A DNA stretch of 64,000 bases from Mobula hypostoma (GCF_963921235.1 NC_086109.1:35466001-35530000); one strand, 5' to 3'; positions 13,169 through 26,074 are shown, counted from the first letter of the stretch. The notes: generated from the letters alone by a model not told the origin. Numbers and translations: made by a program.

Positions 13169-13884
13169 CATCTGCTCTCACTCCATCCTCCCGCCCATCT
13201 GCTCTCACTCCATCCTCCCGCCCATCTGCTCTCACTCCATCCTCCCGCCACCCCACTAGGAATAGGGTTCCCCTGGTCCTCAACTACCACCCCACCAGCC
13301 TCCGGGTCCAACATATTATTCTCCGTAACTTCCGCCACCTCCAATGGGATCCCACCACTAAGCACATCTTTCCCTCCCCGCCTCTCTCTGCATTCCGCAG
13401 GGATCGCTCCCTACGCAACTCCCTTGTCCATTCGTCCCCCCCATCCCTCCCCATTGATCTCCCTCCTGGCACTTATCCGTGTAAGTGGAACAAGTGCTAC
13501 ACATGTCCTTACACTTCCTCCCTTACCACCATTCAGGGCCCCAAACAGTCCTTCCAGGTGAAGCAACACTTCACCTGTGAGTCGACTGGGGTGATATACT
13601 GCGTCCGGTGCTCCCGATGTGGCCTTTTATATATTGGCGAGACCCGAAGCAGACTGGGAGACCGCTTTGCTGAACATCTACGCTCTGTCCGCCAGAGAAA
13701 GCAGGATCTCCCAGTGGCCACACATTTTAATTCCACATCCCATTCCCATTCTGACATGTCTATCCACGGCCTCCTCTACTGTAAAGGTGAAGCCACACTC
13801 AGGTTGGAGGAACAACACCTTATATTCCGTCTGGGTAGCCTCCAACCTGATGGTATGAACATCGACTTCTCTAACTTCCGCTAA
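13169..13884 (+). pseudogene. PLE ORF C-terminus: RT-EN linker with Cys motif plus GIY-YIG endonuclease
   Basis: Open frame RVPLVLNYHP...CKWNKCYTC...VIYCVRCSRCGLLYIGETRSRLGDRFAEH...VATHFN...RLEEQHLIFRLGSLQPDGMN; 5'-truncated, no RT core. Confidence 0.9.
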
Positions 13885-14176
13885 GGCCCCACCTCCCCCT
13901 CGTACCCCATCTGTTACTTATTTTTATGCACACATTCTTTCTCTCACTCTCCTTTTTCTCCCTCTGTCCCTCTGAATATACCTCTTGCCCATCCTCTGGG
14001 TCCCCCCCCCCCCCCGGTCTTTCTTCCCGGACCTCCTGTCCCATGATCCTCTCGTATCCCCTTTTGCCTATCACCTGTCCAGCTCTTGGCTCTGTCCCTC
14101 CCCCTCCTGTCTTCTCCTATCATTTTGGATCTCCCCCTCCCCCTCCCACTTTCAAATCCCTTACTCACTCTTCCTT

Positions 14177-14218
14177 CAGTTAGTCCTGACGAAGGGTCTC
14201 GGCCTGAAATGTCGACTG
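14177..14218 (+). ncRNA. Minimal hammerhead ribozyme motif (GAAAUGUC variant)
   Basis: AGTC CTGACGA A GGGT CTCG GCCT GAAAT GTC GACT. Confidence 0.7.
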
Positions 14219-16189
14219 CACCTCTTCCTACAGATGCTGCCTGGCCTGCTGCGTTCACCAGCAACTTTGATGTGTGTTATCTGAATTAATATTCTTTGGG
14301 ACATTTAACAGCATTAATCATGCTAGATAAAGATTGACTAACAATTCCATGATCACAGACAGAAACTTAATCTTTTGCGTCCAATTTTTCATTGTGATAT
14401 TTCCTCCCAGCGCTGTTGTCTAGAAATTCAATTGCACAACATTTTTTCCACAATATGCATCTGAAAATTGATGCCTTCTGGAGTGAACTTTTGGGTTGTT
14501 TTGAGAATTAGAATTCCTCCAGGCTTTTTACCAAGCATGAATTACCCCTGTTAAAATGCACAGTCAGATGGATTAACTCCTTTGTAAAGTCCTGCAAAAA
14601 ATATTGAGGAGAAAAGTGGTTTCTTGTGAATGCTGGCTGGGTAATATATTGGGTCGCTCCTCTTCTGTTAAATAAATTTTCCTTTTTTTCTGAATTATTT
14701 CTCACTTGATAAGCAATTCCCTTATTTGCTGGATCTCTTTTGGCATTTCTAGTCACCAAATACTGCGAGGAATCTACCAAAACTTCCGGTTGGTGGGGTG
14801 ACTAGTTTCCCATTTTGGGCAGTTTGCATGTGGATTATTTGCAGTGAGTTGGTGTACCGCATTATGCCCATGAATGCGGGAGATAATATTGCTTTCAGCA
14901 GAGAAATGGGTGGTTCTTTTCTGTAGAAACATCAACAACCACGACTTGAACCAATATGATTAAATATTGACTGAAGATGAGTTTTGAGCTTTACTATGTG
15001 ATTGATGAAATTTGGATAAATCGAAATCTAGAGAAACAGCACTTAGATCCAGGAATATCTTGCACCCCAAAAGCATGCAAGATTATTTAATTTCAAATCA
15101 GTGTGATACTTATCATGATGAGGTTTCTGTTTTTAATACTATGAAGCCTACAAATTTGTTTGCATTTGTTTGAGAACATAAATAAATCCACATTTTTTGC
15201 ACACATTTATTAACAAAACTCTTAATTGCTGTCTTCTTTGGCTTACAATATTGAATCGCAATCTGCTTAATGTAATGATAGCCTTCCCCTGTTGATCTTG
15301 GAATGACTGGGGCTGGACATGGCCAATGACTTGTGTAATTGAGGTAACTGCAAAAAAATAATTCTTCAACATCCTGAAGTATAATTAGAAAATACTCATG
15401 ACTAAAGATATTAACTACCCATTAGGAAATCACAATTAGAAAACACTCACAACTAAAGATATTAACCACACTTCAACATTCATTAGGCAAGATCATTTAG
15501 AAATCAGCATGCCTAAGCTATTTCATGTTATACATGCCCATTTCAATCAGAAACTGGAGATGAAAGAAAAACTTGGAATACTGTGATAAAAAGCTAATTG
15601 AAGATTACCTAAAACTCTTTTACCAATAATTTTAAAGAATCTCATCAATATATTCATTGGTCCTTTTACTTCAGTGAGCATCACAAGTAAAAGAATTTGT
15701 TGTGATGATTTCATTGCACCAGAATCACTCAACCCACCTTCATGTTTAATTTAGCTGCATTCAGGACTTCTTAAAATTAACATATATTTTCAGTAGTAAA
15801 TAAGTAAGTTTTACTATACAAGTAATTAGTAAACAATCTATAGAACATTATCAGAACAGCACTGGCAATGCAAGTTGGAATGCAATGATGTCTCAGTCAG
15901 TGAAAATGGTAATGAAAAAGCATCATTTTTAATAAATATCTAAGTATTCTGATTGGCATTTGATAGTAAACAATCCAATGTATTAGCTCTACAGAGAAAT
16001 ATTGTTCAGTGCATGAATATCTTTGTCAAATATGTCCTTCCAATAAATATAGTACTAGTTCTTAACCAAAATGGCTGGATTTGGGGAACAGGATCCAGTG
16101 CTTGTGTAGTTGCAGCCCAGAAGTGAGGAACCACCATTGTAAACTCTGAATGTTTTTATGCTAAGGAGTCACAACATATAAATCCATTT

Positions 16190-17212
16190 AGAGTCATTAA
16201 GTACGACAGCACAGAAACAGGAATTTGGCCCATATAGTCTCTGTTAAGTTACTAATCTGCTTCGTTCAATCAACCTGCACCTGGACCATAGCCCTCCATA
16301 CCTTTCCCATCTGTTTACTTATCCATGTTTCTTTTAAATATTGAAATTGAACCCAAATCCGCCAGTTCCGCTGGCAGCTCATTCCACAATCTCACCATCC
16401 TCTGAGTGAAGGAGCTCACCCTCAGGTTCCCTTTAAATATTTCAAGTCATAAATTAGTTTTACTATACAAGTAATTAGTAAACGATCTACAGAGCATTAT
16501 CAGAACAGCACCGGAAATGCAAGTTGGAATGCAATGATGTCTCAGTCAGTTAAAATGGTAATTTATGATCTCCAGTTCTGGTCTCACCCAACTTCAGTTG
16601 AAAAAAAAAAGGCCTGCTTGTATCTAGCTACAAACAGTTCTCCAAATTAGGCCTCACCAATGTCTTATACAACTTCAACATGATATGCTTCCTCAATACT
16701 TAGATTTATGAAGGCCAATGTGCCAAAAGCTCTCTTTAGAACTCTGTCTTCCTTTTAAGGAATTAGGGATCTGTAGTCCCTGATCCTTCTATGCTACAGC
16801 ATTGTTCAGTCCTCTATAGCATTCACTGTGTAAATCCTACCATTATACGCCCTCCCAAAGTGCAATACTTTACATTTGTATGATTAAATTCCATCTGCAA
16901 TTTTCCAGCACATTTTTCCAGCTGGTACAGATCCTCCTGCAAGCTTTGATAGTCTTCCTCATTGTCTGATTTGCTGATTCGGTTCACCACATTATCATCC
17001 CAATCATTGATATAGATGGAAAACAACTACAGATGCAGCACCGATCCCTGCTTCAATCCATTAGTCACAGCCCTCCAGACAGAGAGGCAACCATCAACGA
17101 TCACTCTTTGGCTTCTCCCATGAAGTCAATGTTGAATCTAATTTATTACATGATCCTGAATGCCAAGCAACTGAACCGTCTTGACCAACCTCCTATGTGG
17201 GACCTTGTCAAA
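16190..17212 (-). mobile_element. CR1 LINE 3' fragment
   Basis: FSIYINDWDD...LQEDLYQLEKCA..QMEFN RT-region residues; CR1-type 3' end at left. Confidence 0.75.
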
Positions 17213-17244
17213 AGCATCAGATAGATTTCTTTCCATTGAAATAG

Positions 17245-18306
17245 CCACTGACAGGGATTTTCATTATCTGTTGCATCGTGGTTTCCCTTCTACGGTGATC
17301 AATGATGCTCTCACCCACATCTCCTCCATTTCCCGCACTTCGGCCCTCACTGCATCCTCCCGCAACCACAACAGGGACAGAATTCCCCTTGTCCTTACCT
17401 ACCACCCCACCGGCCTCCGGATCCAGCGCATTATCCTACGAAACTTCCGCCACTTTCAACAGGACCCCACCACTAAACACATCTTTCCCTCTCCACCCCT
17501 CTCCGCTTTCCGCAGGGATCGGTCCCTCCGCGACTCCCTTATCCACACATCCCTCCCCACTGATCTCCCACCCGGCACTTATCCCTGTAAGCGTAAGTGC
17601 TACACCTGTCCCTACACCTCATCTCTTGCAACCATTCAGGGCCCCAAACAGTCCTTCCAGGTGAGGCAACACTTCACTTGTGAGTCTGTTGGGGTCATCT
17701 ATTGCATCTGGTGCTCCTGGTGCGGCCTCCTCTACATCAGTGAAACCCGACGCAGATTGGGGAACCGCTTCGTCGAGCACCTCCACTCCGTCTGCCACAA
17801 CAGACAGGATCTCCCGGTAGCCACTCACTTCAACTCTGCTTCTCATTCCCATTCAGATATGTCCATACATGGCCTCCCCTACTGCCTTGATGAGGCTAAA
17901 CTCAGGTTGGAGGAGCAACACCTCATATACCGTCTAGGTAGTCTCCAGCCCCTTAGTATGAACATAGAATTCTCCAACTTCTGGTAATTCCCTCCCCCTC
18001 CCTTCCTCTATCCCTATTTCACTCTACCCCCTCCCCCCGCTGCCTATCACTTCCCTCATGGTTCCACCTCCTTCTTCTACCGCCCATTGTTTTCAGGGCT
18101 ATGACGTCAATGCTTCCCCTCCCCGACTCCCTTGTCTTTCAAATTACTGGTCTATCAGCTAACGCTACTAGCATTCTTCAAATCCTTCCCCATCTTTCAT
18201 TCTTCAGTCCTGATGAAGGGTTCTGGCCCGAAACGTCGACTCATCATTTCTGACTGATGCTGCTCGACCTGCTGAGTTCATCCAGCGTACTGAAAGTGTT
18301 GCTTTG
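17245..18306 (+). mobile_element. Penelope-like element, second subfamily, 5'-truncated
   Basis: ORF to 17987 with RGFP...IPLVLTYHP...CKRKCYTC...VIYCIWCSWCGLLYISET...GSLQP; different pLTR sequence that also carries a hammerhead. Confidence 0.9.
18206..18241 (+). ncRNA. Minimal hammerhead ribozyme motif, intact core
   Basis: AGTC CTGATGA A GGGT TCTG GCCC GAAAC GTC GACT. Confidence 0.85.
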
Positions 18307-19386
18307 AAATCTCAAACTCCAAGCTCATGCATGCAAACTCACCAAGAGTAGTGGGAAACAGGAAGTCTTGGAAAACTTTAAAAAGCATCTAAGAAGCATT
18401 CAACAAGCAATAAGATAAGGGAGGATAGTTTATGAAAGTAAACTATAAAAAAGGAATGAGGAATAAGGAATGCATAAGGAATGACTTCAGCACTTCACAC
18501 AACTGATGTAGGCATTGCAGCAAGGGGGAATTATGAACAGAAGACTTGATTGGGTTTTTTGAGCTGAGCTTGACCTTGACCTGGTCACAATTATATCCCA
18601 ATTTTCTGATATATAGCACTAACAAAATTGCATGATGCATCTTAATTTCTAAGCCCATTTATCTATAGGTAAAATGAATGGATAAATTGAGTAAATATTT
18701 CTATTGTTGCATAAATGGAAATTACATAAATATATCTGTGCACAATAAACTTTGGTTGTAATGCTTTAATGTTTCACTTGCAGCTTACATTAATTGTAAC
18801 ACTTTCAAACATTTGCTTCTTTCCAGTGGTTTGGATTGCACAGATTAAATTCCCAGTTACGATCAGCACATGAAGAAATGTGCTTATTCAGATGACCAAG
18901 TAAACACAATCCAAAAAGTGATCAGACTGATTGTTTTCCTCTGAAAGAAGGCTATTTCCTTTAAACATGCCTGGTGTGCTTAACCATCCTGATAAATGTG
19001 AAGGAGTGAGCAGCCTCTAAAAGGGAAATGGATTTAATGTAAAGAATACACAGTGTAAATTGTAACAAAATTAGTCACCACACTATCTCTGTGAAAACTT
19101 GTAAACAGAGTTTCAGCTGGTTATGGAAGACTCAGTTTGTATTAAATCAGCAGGTGAATGAGAGAATTTTTTTTTACTGTGATGGATTTCACACAGAGCT
19201 GCATGATATTACCTCAGACAGGATCACAGAATTATTCTCCACAAGGATAAGTCTAGTTCAGGTGTACAGATAATGTATTATTTAGAGCACCACTGCCACA
19301 TTCTGGCCATGAAACAGATCTATTGCAGATAACAGTTAAATCTTTCCATTTGGTAGTCTTGCTGTGATAAACCAAAACACAGTGTT

Positions 19387-19458
19387 CACTTGGTAGGCTA
19401 GTGGTTAGGATTCGACATTTTCACTGCCATGGCCCAGGTTTGAATCCTGGTCAGGAAA
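19387..19458 (+). pseudogene. tRNA-Glu(TTC) pseudogene
   Basis: 72 nt colinear with vertebrate tRNA-Glu (CTAGTGGTTAGGATTCG...TTTCAC...GGCCCAGGTTTGAATCCTGGTCAGG); CpG decay, damaged acceptor stem and T-loop. Confidence 0.85.
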
Positions 19459-20526
19459 GAGTGTTCTTGACATTCTATACGGACTTGTTGTTGTCTTGTA
19501 TGTGTAAGGACTGGGCCTCAAGCGGTGTAGTCACTTGGGCGCAGGGGAAGGAGGAGGTCGTCGGGACCATATAACACAGCGTCTATGCTGTATTTGGTGC
19601 GTTTCCCCTGTGTTCACTCGGCGGGAGACAGGCTTGATTGACTGTGGATTGACAGAGCAAGATTTTGGACTACTTAATTGCATGATTGTGATGCAATTTG
19701 TGCTTGCTATCTTGTGTGTGCTTTGTGCTGTGTGTGACTGTTGGTACTGTGTTAACACTGGAGTAACACTTTTGTTTGGCAATATTCATGAGTATTCATG
19801 TACAGTTAAATGACAATTAAACTTGAATAGAATTGAATTGAATTGAATTCTTGGTTACTTCACTACAGCACCACCTGAAAGAGTTTGTGTTGCTTCTACA
19901 TAAGCTGCTGCTTATATCTGACCAGGTATATCATTTCACTGTTCTGGTCAATTAATCATCAGAAAGCTAATGTTGTCATTGTGAGGGTGCAGAGTTGAAT
20001 AACGAGCTTCACTCTCAGGAATCATTAACAAAGTGTCTTGGGATGTCTTACCGGATTTTATTTGGGACGAAGATACTATTGCATGACCTATTTACATTTA
20101 AAAAATATCTAGACTGGGTTAGACAAGCAGCCTGTTTATCCCCAAGTGAGGGGCAATCTGTAAAAAGTGACAAAGTTATCTACACAATAAAGAGTTAGTT
20201 GATAAAGTAAAATGGACTTCTGAGGTATGTTACTAGATAAGGGAAATAAAAAAAACAGGTTTTTATCATTCTGATTATTGGACAAATGTTCATGACAATT
20301 TTTCTAATATTAATTATGGAACCATGTCAAAGCATTTTATAAATGGACACTGATAAGATTTTAACCATTTCTGTTTCATTAAATAACTGATTAATGTGAA
20401 TGGAGCTATCTTTGAAAACTGATTTTTAACATTGTGCACCAACGAGAACTAGTCCAGACTGTTGAGTTCAGTAAATAATTTGAATGGAATTGTTAGCGTT
20501 CCAGTCCTAGTTTAGCTGTTGCAGTG

Positions 20527-20726
20527 CACACAATATGTTAGAGGAACTCAGCAGGCCAGGCAGCATCTATGGAAAAGAGTAATCAGTTGACGTTTCAGAC
20601 CAAGACACTTCATAAGAACTTTTGTTTACTCTTTTCCATAGATGCTGCCTGACCTGCTGAGTTCCTGCAGCATTTTGTGTCTGTTGCTTTGGATTTCCAG
20701 CATCTGCAGATTTTCTTGTGTTTGTG
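20527..20726. mobile_element. Short fold-back derivative of an older PLE pLTR
   Basis: Arms CTCAGCAGGCCAGGCAGCATCTATGGAAAAGAGTAA / TTACTCTTTTCCATAGATGCTGCCTGACCTGCTGAG around a decayed minus-strand hammerhead. Confidence 0.75.
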
Positions 20727-20789
20727 ATAAATTAGCAGATATTTACTAACCACAGTTCGATTAATGTCTGCATATTTGTCAGAGTCATA

Positions 20790-21070
20790 CAGAGAAACAC
20801 TCTGTACGGACCACCAAAAGCCCAGTTACAGTATTCCTACCTAATTCCTCCCTACAGTCCTATCAGTGCCTCACAGTTTCTACACAGCCCCAGCAGTCAT
20901 CAGTATAAAGTCTTGGTGTGGGGGAGGATATAGCAGCACTTGGAGGAAACCTACGTAATCACAGGGAAAGGGAAAATGTGCAAACTCTGCACAGACAGCA
21001 GTGGAGAACAGGATTGAAAATCAGTTGCTGGAGCTGTAAGGCAGCAGATCTATCACCTGTACCATTGTAC
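20790..21070 (-). mobile_element. V-SINE-like element, decayed
   Basis: GCACTTGGAGGAAACCTACGTAATCACAGGG...GTGCAAACTCTGCACAGACAG V-domain-like core. Confidence 0.6.
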
Positions 21071-21774
21071 TGTTGTACGTATATCTATAATGCATATCTA
21101 TATGTTTATAATGTTTTAATTTAATAAGGACTTTATTTTATTTCCATATTTCAGCTGTCCTTTTAAAGAAGTAGTCTGCATCACCAAATCTTGTTGATCC
21201 TCACTTTGTCAGGAAACTAGAGTCATTATTCTACAAAGAGATTAATTTGTTACTGATCTCAAAAGCCCTGTTATTGGAATAATGAAAGGAAAATGTAGCA
21301 GTAATTGAGTTAAAGCATCAAAGCACTACCACCTTCATCATTTACACTTTACAGACTCTAGTAAAGTAGCTTTAATGGATTGATTAGCTGTTTTTGTGTT
21401 TGGAATAACCCTTGACAGATGAAATTAGGTTTAACTCTAATTTTTTTGGAAGCCTTTCCACAGACAATAATTAAGAGAATTTCACTCAGAATATTCAGTG
21501 CTCTCAGATGAAGAAAAGATTAACATCTGTGCATCTTGTGTTTATTGGTTTTAGGCTTTTCCTTAATTGTTATTTGACCCTATTAAACGACACAAGTTTA
21601 GACCAGAAAGTTTTCTAGGTCTTGATAGGGCTTTAATGCACACTATTTTGGTAATGATCTGGACCATCCTTTGTAGCCGAGAGTGTTTTGATAAGTCTAA
21701 TATTGCACCACTGCTGCTGAAGGCTGATAAGATGTTCTCTAGATAGTAAATCTAAGGAGGTTCATATCTCAAAT

Positions 21775-22505
21775 ATCGATGAGGTACAGTACAGGAAGGA
21801 GAGACTCATGACCTGGTATCAAGACAACAATCTTTCCCTCAATGTCAGTAAAACAAGAGAGCTGGTCAGTGACTTCAGGAAGAGGGTAGTGCACATGCCC
21901 CTGTCTACAGCAAGGTTGAGCGGGTTGATGTTTCAAGTTCCTAAGAGTGAATATCACCATTTGCCTATCCTGATCGAACGACATCACTATCACAACCACA
22001 AAAGATCACTATTTGCCTTACTTCTTCAGGAGGCTAAAGAAATTTGACATGTCTCTGTTGATCCTTAGCAATTTTTATCAATGCACCATAGTATACATAT
22101 TACCCTGATGCATTATGGCTTGGTATGGAAATTGCTATGCAAGTGACCACAAAAGCTACAGAGGATTGTGGTCACAGCTTAGCACAGCACAGAAACAAGC
22201 CTCCCTTCCATGGACTCTGGTTATACATACACCTGCCTCAGAAAAGCAGCCAGAATAATCAAAGACTCCATCTGTTCTGGACATTCTCTTTTTAACCCTC
22301 TTCCATCAGGCAGAAGATACCAAAACCTAAAAGCTCATACAACCAGGCAGAAGAGCAGTTTCTATGCTACTGTTGTAAGACTATTAGATAGTTCCCTCAT
22401 GTGATAAACTGAATGTTTGACCTCGCAGTCTACCTCATTATGATCATTATGATCTACCTCATTGCACCTCATTATTTACTGGCACTGCACTTTCTCTGTA
22501 GTAGC
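21775..22505 (+). mobile_element. Rex1/Babar-like LINE 3' fragment
   Basis: WYQDNNLSLNVSKTRELVSDFRK and CLRKAARIIKD...GHSLFNPLPSGRRY. Confidence 0.8.
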
Positions 22506-22519
22506 AGTAGTAAAGAGTT

Positions 22520-22610
22520 GATTGGGATTCCAGAGCAGCCATGATGGAATGGCAGAGCAGACGCAATGGGCCGAATGGCCTAACTCTGCTCCTTTGTCTT
22601 ATGGTCTTAT
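22520..22610 (+). mobile_element. CR1 3' terminal fragment
   Basis: GCAGAGCAGACGCAATGGGCCGAATGGCCTAACTCTGCTCCTTTGTCTTATGGTCT, as at the end of the 38-39 kb CR1. Confidence 0.75.
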
Positions 22611-23034
22611 AGCAGTAGTGTAATAAGTTGAATTGAGTATAAGCTTCTCCTAAGGACTTGTCTATTGGTTGGTCTTCAGAAGCCGATCCAAGATCCACAT
22701 ATACTGGTTCAGTATGGACAAAGTAACCACCCTGTTCCTCCTTCAGTTGCCCTTCATAAACCTAGCACCATGGGTCCTGAGCTCATGCGGACCTCATCGT
22801 CCTGCCCCTGCACCTCTTGCTGATCACCATGGGACTTAATCTGGGATGTTAGTGTGGGTTCTTTTAATGGAGAATGCCTGTGAGTGACTTTGTGGAACAT
22901 GGGAGGCTGATGCATGGGCAGTCACTGCACAGTTGTTGACAACATGTTCTGCATTATTAGGTTGTGAATTGTGTGAAAAGTATGCAAGAGAAGATTTTCA
23001 GTACATGTGACAATAATATTTCAATTCCAAATTT

Positions 23035-24070
23035 GTTTGTTACCATCACATGTACTGAAGTGCAGTGAAAAAACTTGCATACCATTTTTTATAGATCAAT
23101 GCATTGAGTACAGGGTAAAACAATACCAGAGTGCAGAATAAAATGTTACAGTTACAGAAAAAGTACAGTGCAGGTAGACAATAAGGTGAAAGGTCACAAG
23201 ATAGATTGTGAGGTCAACAGACCATCTTATCATACAAGGGAACCATTCAGTAGTTTTACAACAGTGAGGTAGAAGCTGTGTTTGAGCCTTGTGGTACGTG
23301 CTTTCAGACTTTTGTTTCTTCTAACTGAAAAGGAGAGGGGAGAAGGGAGAATGAGAGGCTGGATGAGGCCTTTGATTAAGCTGGCTGCTTTACTGAGGCA
23401 GTGAGATGCATAGATAAAGTGGAAGGAATGGGAGGCTAGTTTCTGTGATGTGCTGAGCTGTAGTTTCTTATGGTCACCTGCAGTGCAATTGAATACTAAG
23501 CTGGGATGAGATGAGATGGCCTCTTTGGTGCATTGCTAAATATTGTTGAGGGTCAAAAAGGACATTGCGTTAGCTTCCTGAGGAAGTAGAGGCGCTGGTG
23601 AGCTTCCTTGGCTGTGGCATTAATGTGGTTCATAGAGGATGCTGTTGGTGATGTTCACTCTTAGAAACTTGAAGCTCTCAAACCTCTCAACCTCAGCACT
23701 GATGTAAACAGGAGCATGTGCACTGAACTCCCTTCCAGTTCTTTTGTTCTGCTGACATTGTTGCTGTTACCATACCATGTCACCCCGCTCTCTGTCGCCT
23801 ACCTGTACTCCGACTCATCTTTATGAGATTTGGCCCATTATGGTGGTGTCATCTGCGAACTTCTAGTTGGAGTAAAAGCAGGATCTAGCCACACTATTGT
23901 GAGTGAATAGGGAACAGAGGAGTGGGGGCTGAGGGCACAGCCTTGTGGGGCACCAGTGTTGAGACTAATTGCTGCCTGTCTTTTTGATTGCAGTCTGATG
24001 GTTAGAAAGTCAAGAATCCAATTGCAAAGGGAAGTGCTCATCGCCAGTATGATAACAGTAATGAACAGGC
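23035..24070 (-). mobile_element. Rex1/Babar-like LINE fragment
   Basis: [13 protein letters not shown]...LNTGAPQGCALSP RT motifs; 3' region similar to 55.7 kb. Confidence 0.8.
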
Positions 24071-24356
24071 ATTCTCATTCTCCAAAGCATGTTCAAGAGG
24101 CCTTCAGATCAGCTGCAATCATGTTGAGCAAACTTGAGTGGCTATAGATGCTCTTATTTTCTATGTTCTTCTGTCAGAATACCATGAGGTAGCATTTGAA
24201 ACATAAAATGACTAAGACCTTGGGTAATTAGGAAGAGTTGAGCATTTTCTTTTCTGATCAAAATTGTCTTCTTTTGGTATAATTTTGTATTATTCTTCAA
24301 CTTGTCTTTCACTGGTTTCAGTATTTCAAGCCAGCATACTGGAATCCATTTCAACA

Positions 24357-24470
24357 TTGAAATGTCGACTGTTCATTTTCCTCCATAGACACTACCTGAC
24401 CCGTTGAGTTCCTCAGCAGCTTACGTGTATTGATCCAGAATTCCAAATCTGCAGTTTCCCTTGTCTCTCT
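24357..24470 (+). mobile_element. Old PLE pLTR tail fragment with half a hammerhead
   Basis: TGAAATGTCGACTGTTC...CCATAGACACTACCTGACCCGTTGAGTTCC. Confidence 0.55.
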
Positions 24471-26032
24471 TGAAAATGAATGAAATATCATGGTATTTGT
24501 GGTACTTTAAGGATATTTGTAGAAATAAGCAGAAATGATTAGTTCAAAATAAAACTCTCTTTCAAATTCAGCTTGTTTTCACAACTGGTGATTCCTTTAT
24601 GCATGAGGAGTCACAGTTCTCCCCACTGAGCCTCCATTTTGGCTGACAAGCAGTGGGGCTAAATTTCTTTGCTCACGTTTCAGATGAGTGACACTGTCAC
24701 CTAGTTTGCGAAGAAGATGAGAAACACATTTAGCACGATCGTGTATGTGGCATTTGGGCTGCCGCTGTGAAGCAATTCTCTTTCAATATAGCCGCGTTCT
24801 AAAATGCATTATGGTGTAAAGTTTTGCTTTTTAACCATCTGTTGACAATCTGTTCTGCTTTATAAATAAAGCAATGCAAATCACATGTTATGCTGGGCCA
24901 TGAACATTTGCTAATGTTGTTTATTGATCAGTTAATTAGTGACAGTTGTCACTCTAATTTTATCAGTACCAAGGGATATACTATTGGATTAATTGAACTT
25001 CTTTTGAGTATTTTGTTCAGTGGATCATTTTTATTATTTTAACACATGTTTATTTTTCAATTTCATTGAGTGGGATGGTTGACTCAATGTGACTGCTCTT
25101 TACTAACTCTTCTGTCAGGTATAGTTAAGGATGGGACATTGCCTTCTCATGGTGGCTGCAACCCATGAATCAATAAATGCAAACTAAAGTTACATCCTAA
25201 CAACGTTCAACATTGCAATTCTGAATGCACTTGGGCAGATTTCCTATGGCATTGCCAACAAGGTACCTATATTTTAAAAGATGATTATCTCCCTGACATT
25301 GCACACCAAAGCCAATAAATACTCTGTTCTTTAAGCAAGGCCAGATTAGAATTTGCATTTGGAGGCTTGAGTCTCATTTACATTTGAGCTGCTTGCTTGG
25401 ATATCTGCTGAGTGTCACTGGTGATTTCCCTCGAAAGAAAATTTCAGTTTAGATCACTGCATCACCAGGTGCAGATGGGATAGAGAAGCTTAATGCTTGT
25501 TTTAACGTGGGCTTTGGGCTCTCTTGAATCCAAGCCAATATAGTGGACAAGGGAATTCAGAAAGGCTGCCAGCCATGTTGAGAACACAGGCACCTGGTTT
25601 CTACCTCCATACTTATGAAGGGAAACAAAGCCCAGGTGAACAGTTTGAAAATTGCTATGGTTTGAATATTTATTTGTCAGTTCATTTTTAGCAATGATCT
25701 GGCATGTACTGTGCCAAATGATGCAAGAACCACAAAGCCATAAGAAATATGGGTGATGTAGACTATTCAGTCCCTCAAGCTTACTCTTTCTGTTTCAGTT
25801 GTATCTTTCTTCAACTGCTAGCAGGTCCATTTCTATCCAACAAACAACCAGAAGCTGCAGGACTTTTCCAGCATTATTTATTCCTGTAAAATAGCTTAGG
25901 GGTTTTAAAAAGGTCTAAAAAAATGACATCAAGGCAGGTAACAGGAATTCTGCAGATGCTGGAAATTCAAGCAACACACATCAAAGTTGCTGGTGAACGC
26001 AGCAGGCCAGGTAGCATCTCTAGGAAGAGGTA

Positions 26033-26074
26033 CAGTCGACGTTTCAGGCCGAGACCCTTCGTCAGGACTAACTG
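26033..26074 (-). ncRNA. Minimal hammerhead ribozyme motif, intact core
   Basis: AGUC CUGACGA A GGGU CUCG GCCU GAAAC GUC GACU. Confidence 0.85.

Larger units (their letters stand above)
12832..14275. mobile_element. Penelope-like element (Neptune-like), inverted two-arm insertion
   Basis: Minus pLTR arm ~12832-13164 and plus arm ~13169-14275; flanking direct repeat GTTATCTGAATTAA at 12818-12831 and 14276-14289. Confidence 0.92.

Noticed and set aside
13169..13249. 27-bp direct repeats suggesting a CRISPR-like array
   Set aside because: No spacers, eukaryotic context, and the unit is PLE coding sequence.
14508..14780. 90-aa minus-strand ORF in unique sequence
   Set aside because: No recognisable homology; non-ATG start.
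15383..15469. Diverged 36-bp direct repeat
   Set aside because: Ordinary local tandem duplication.
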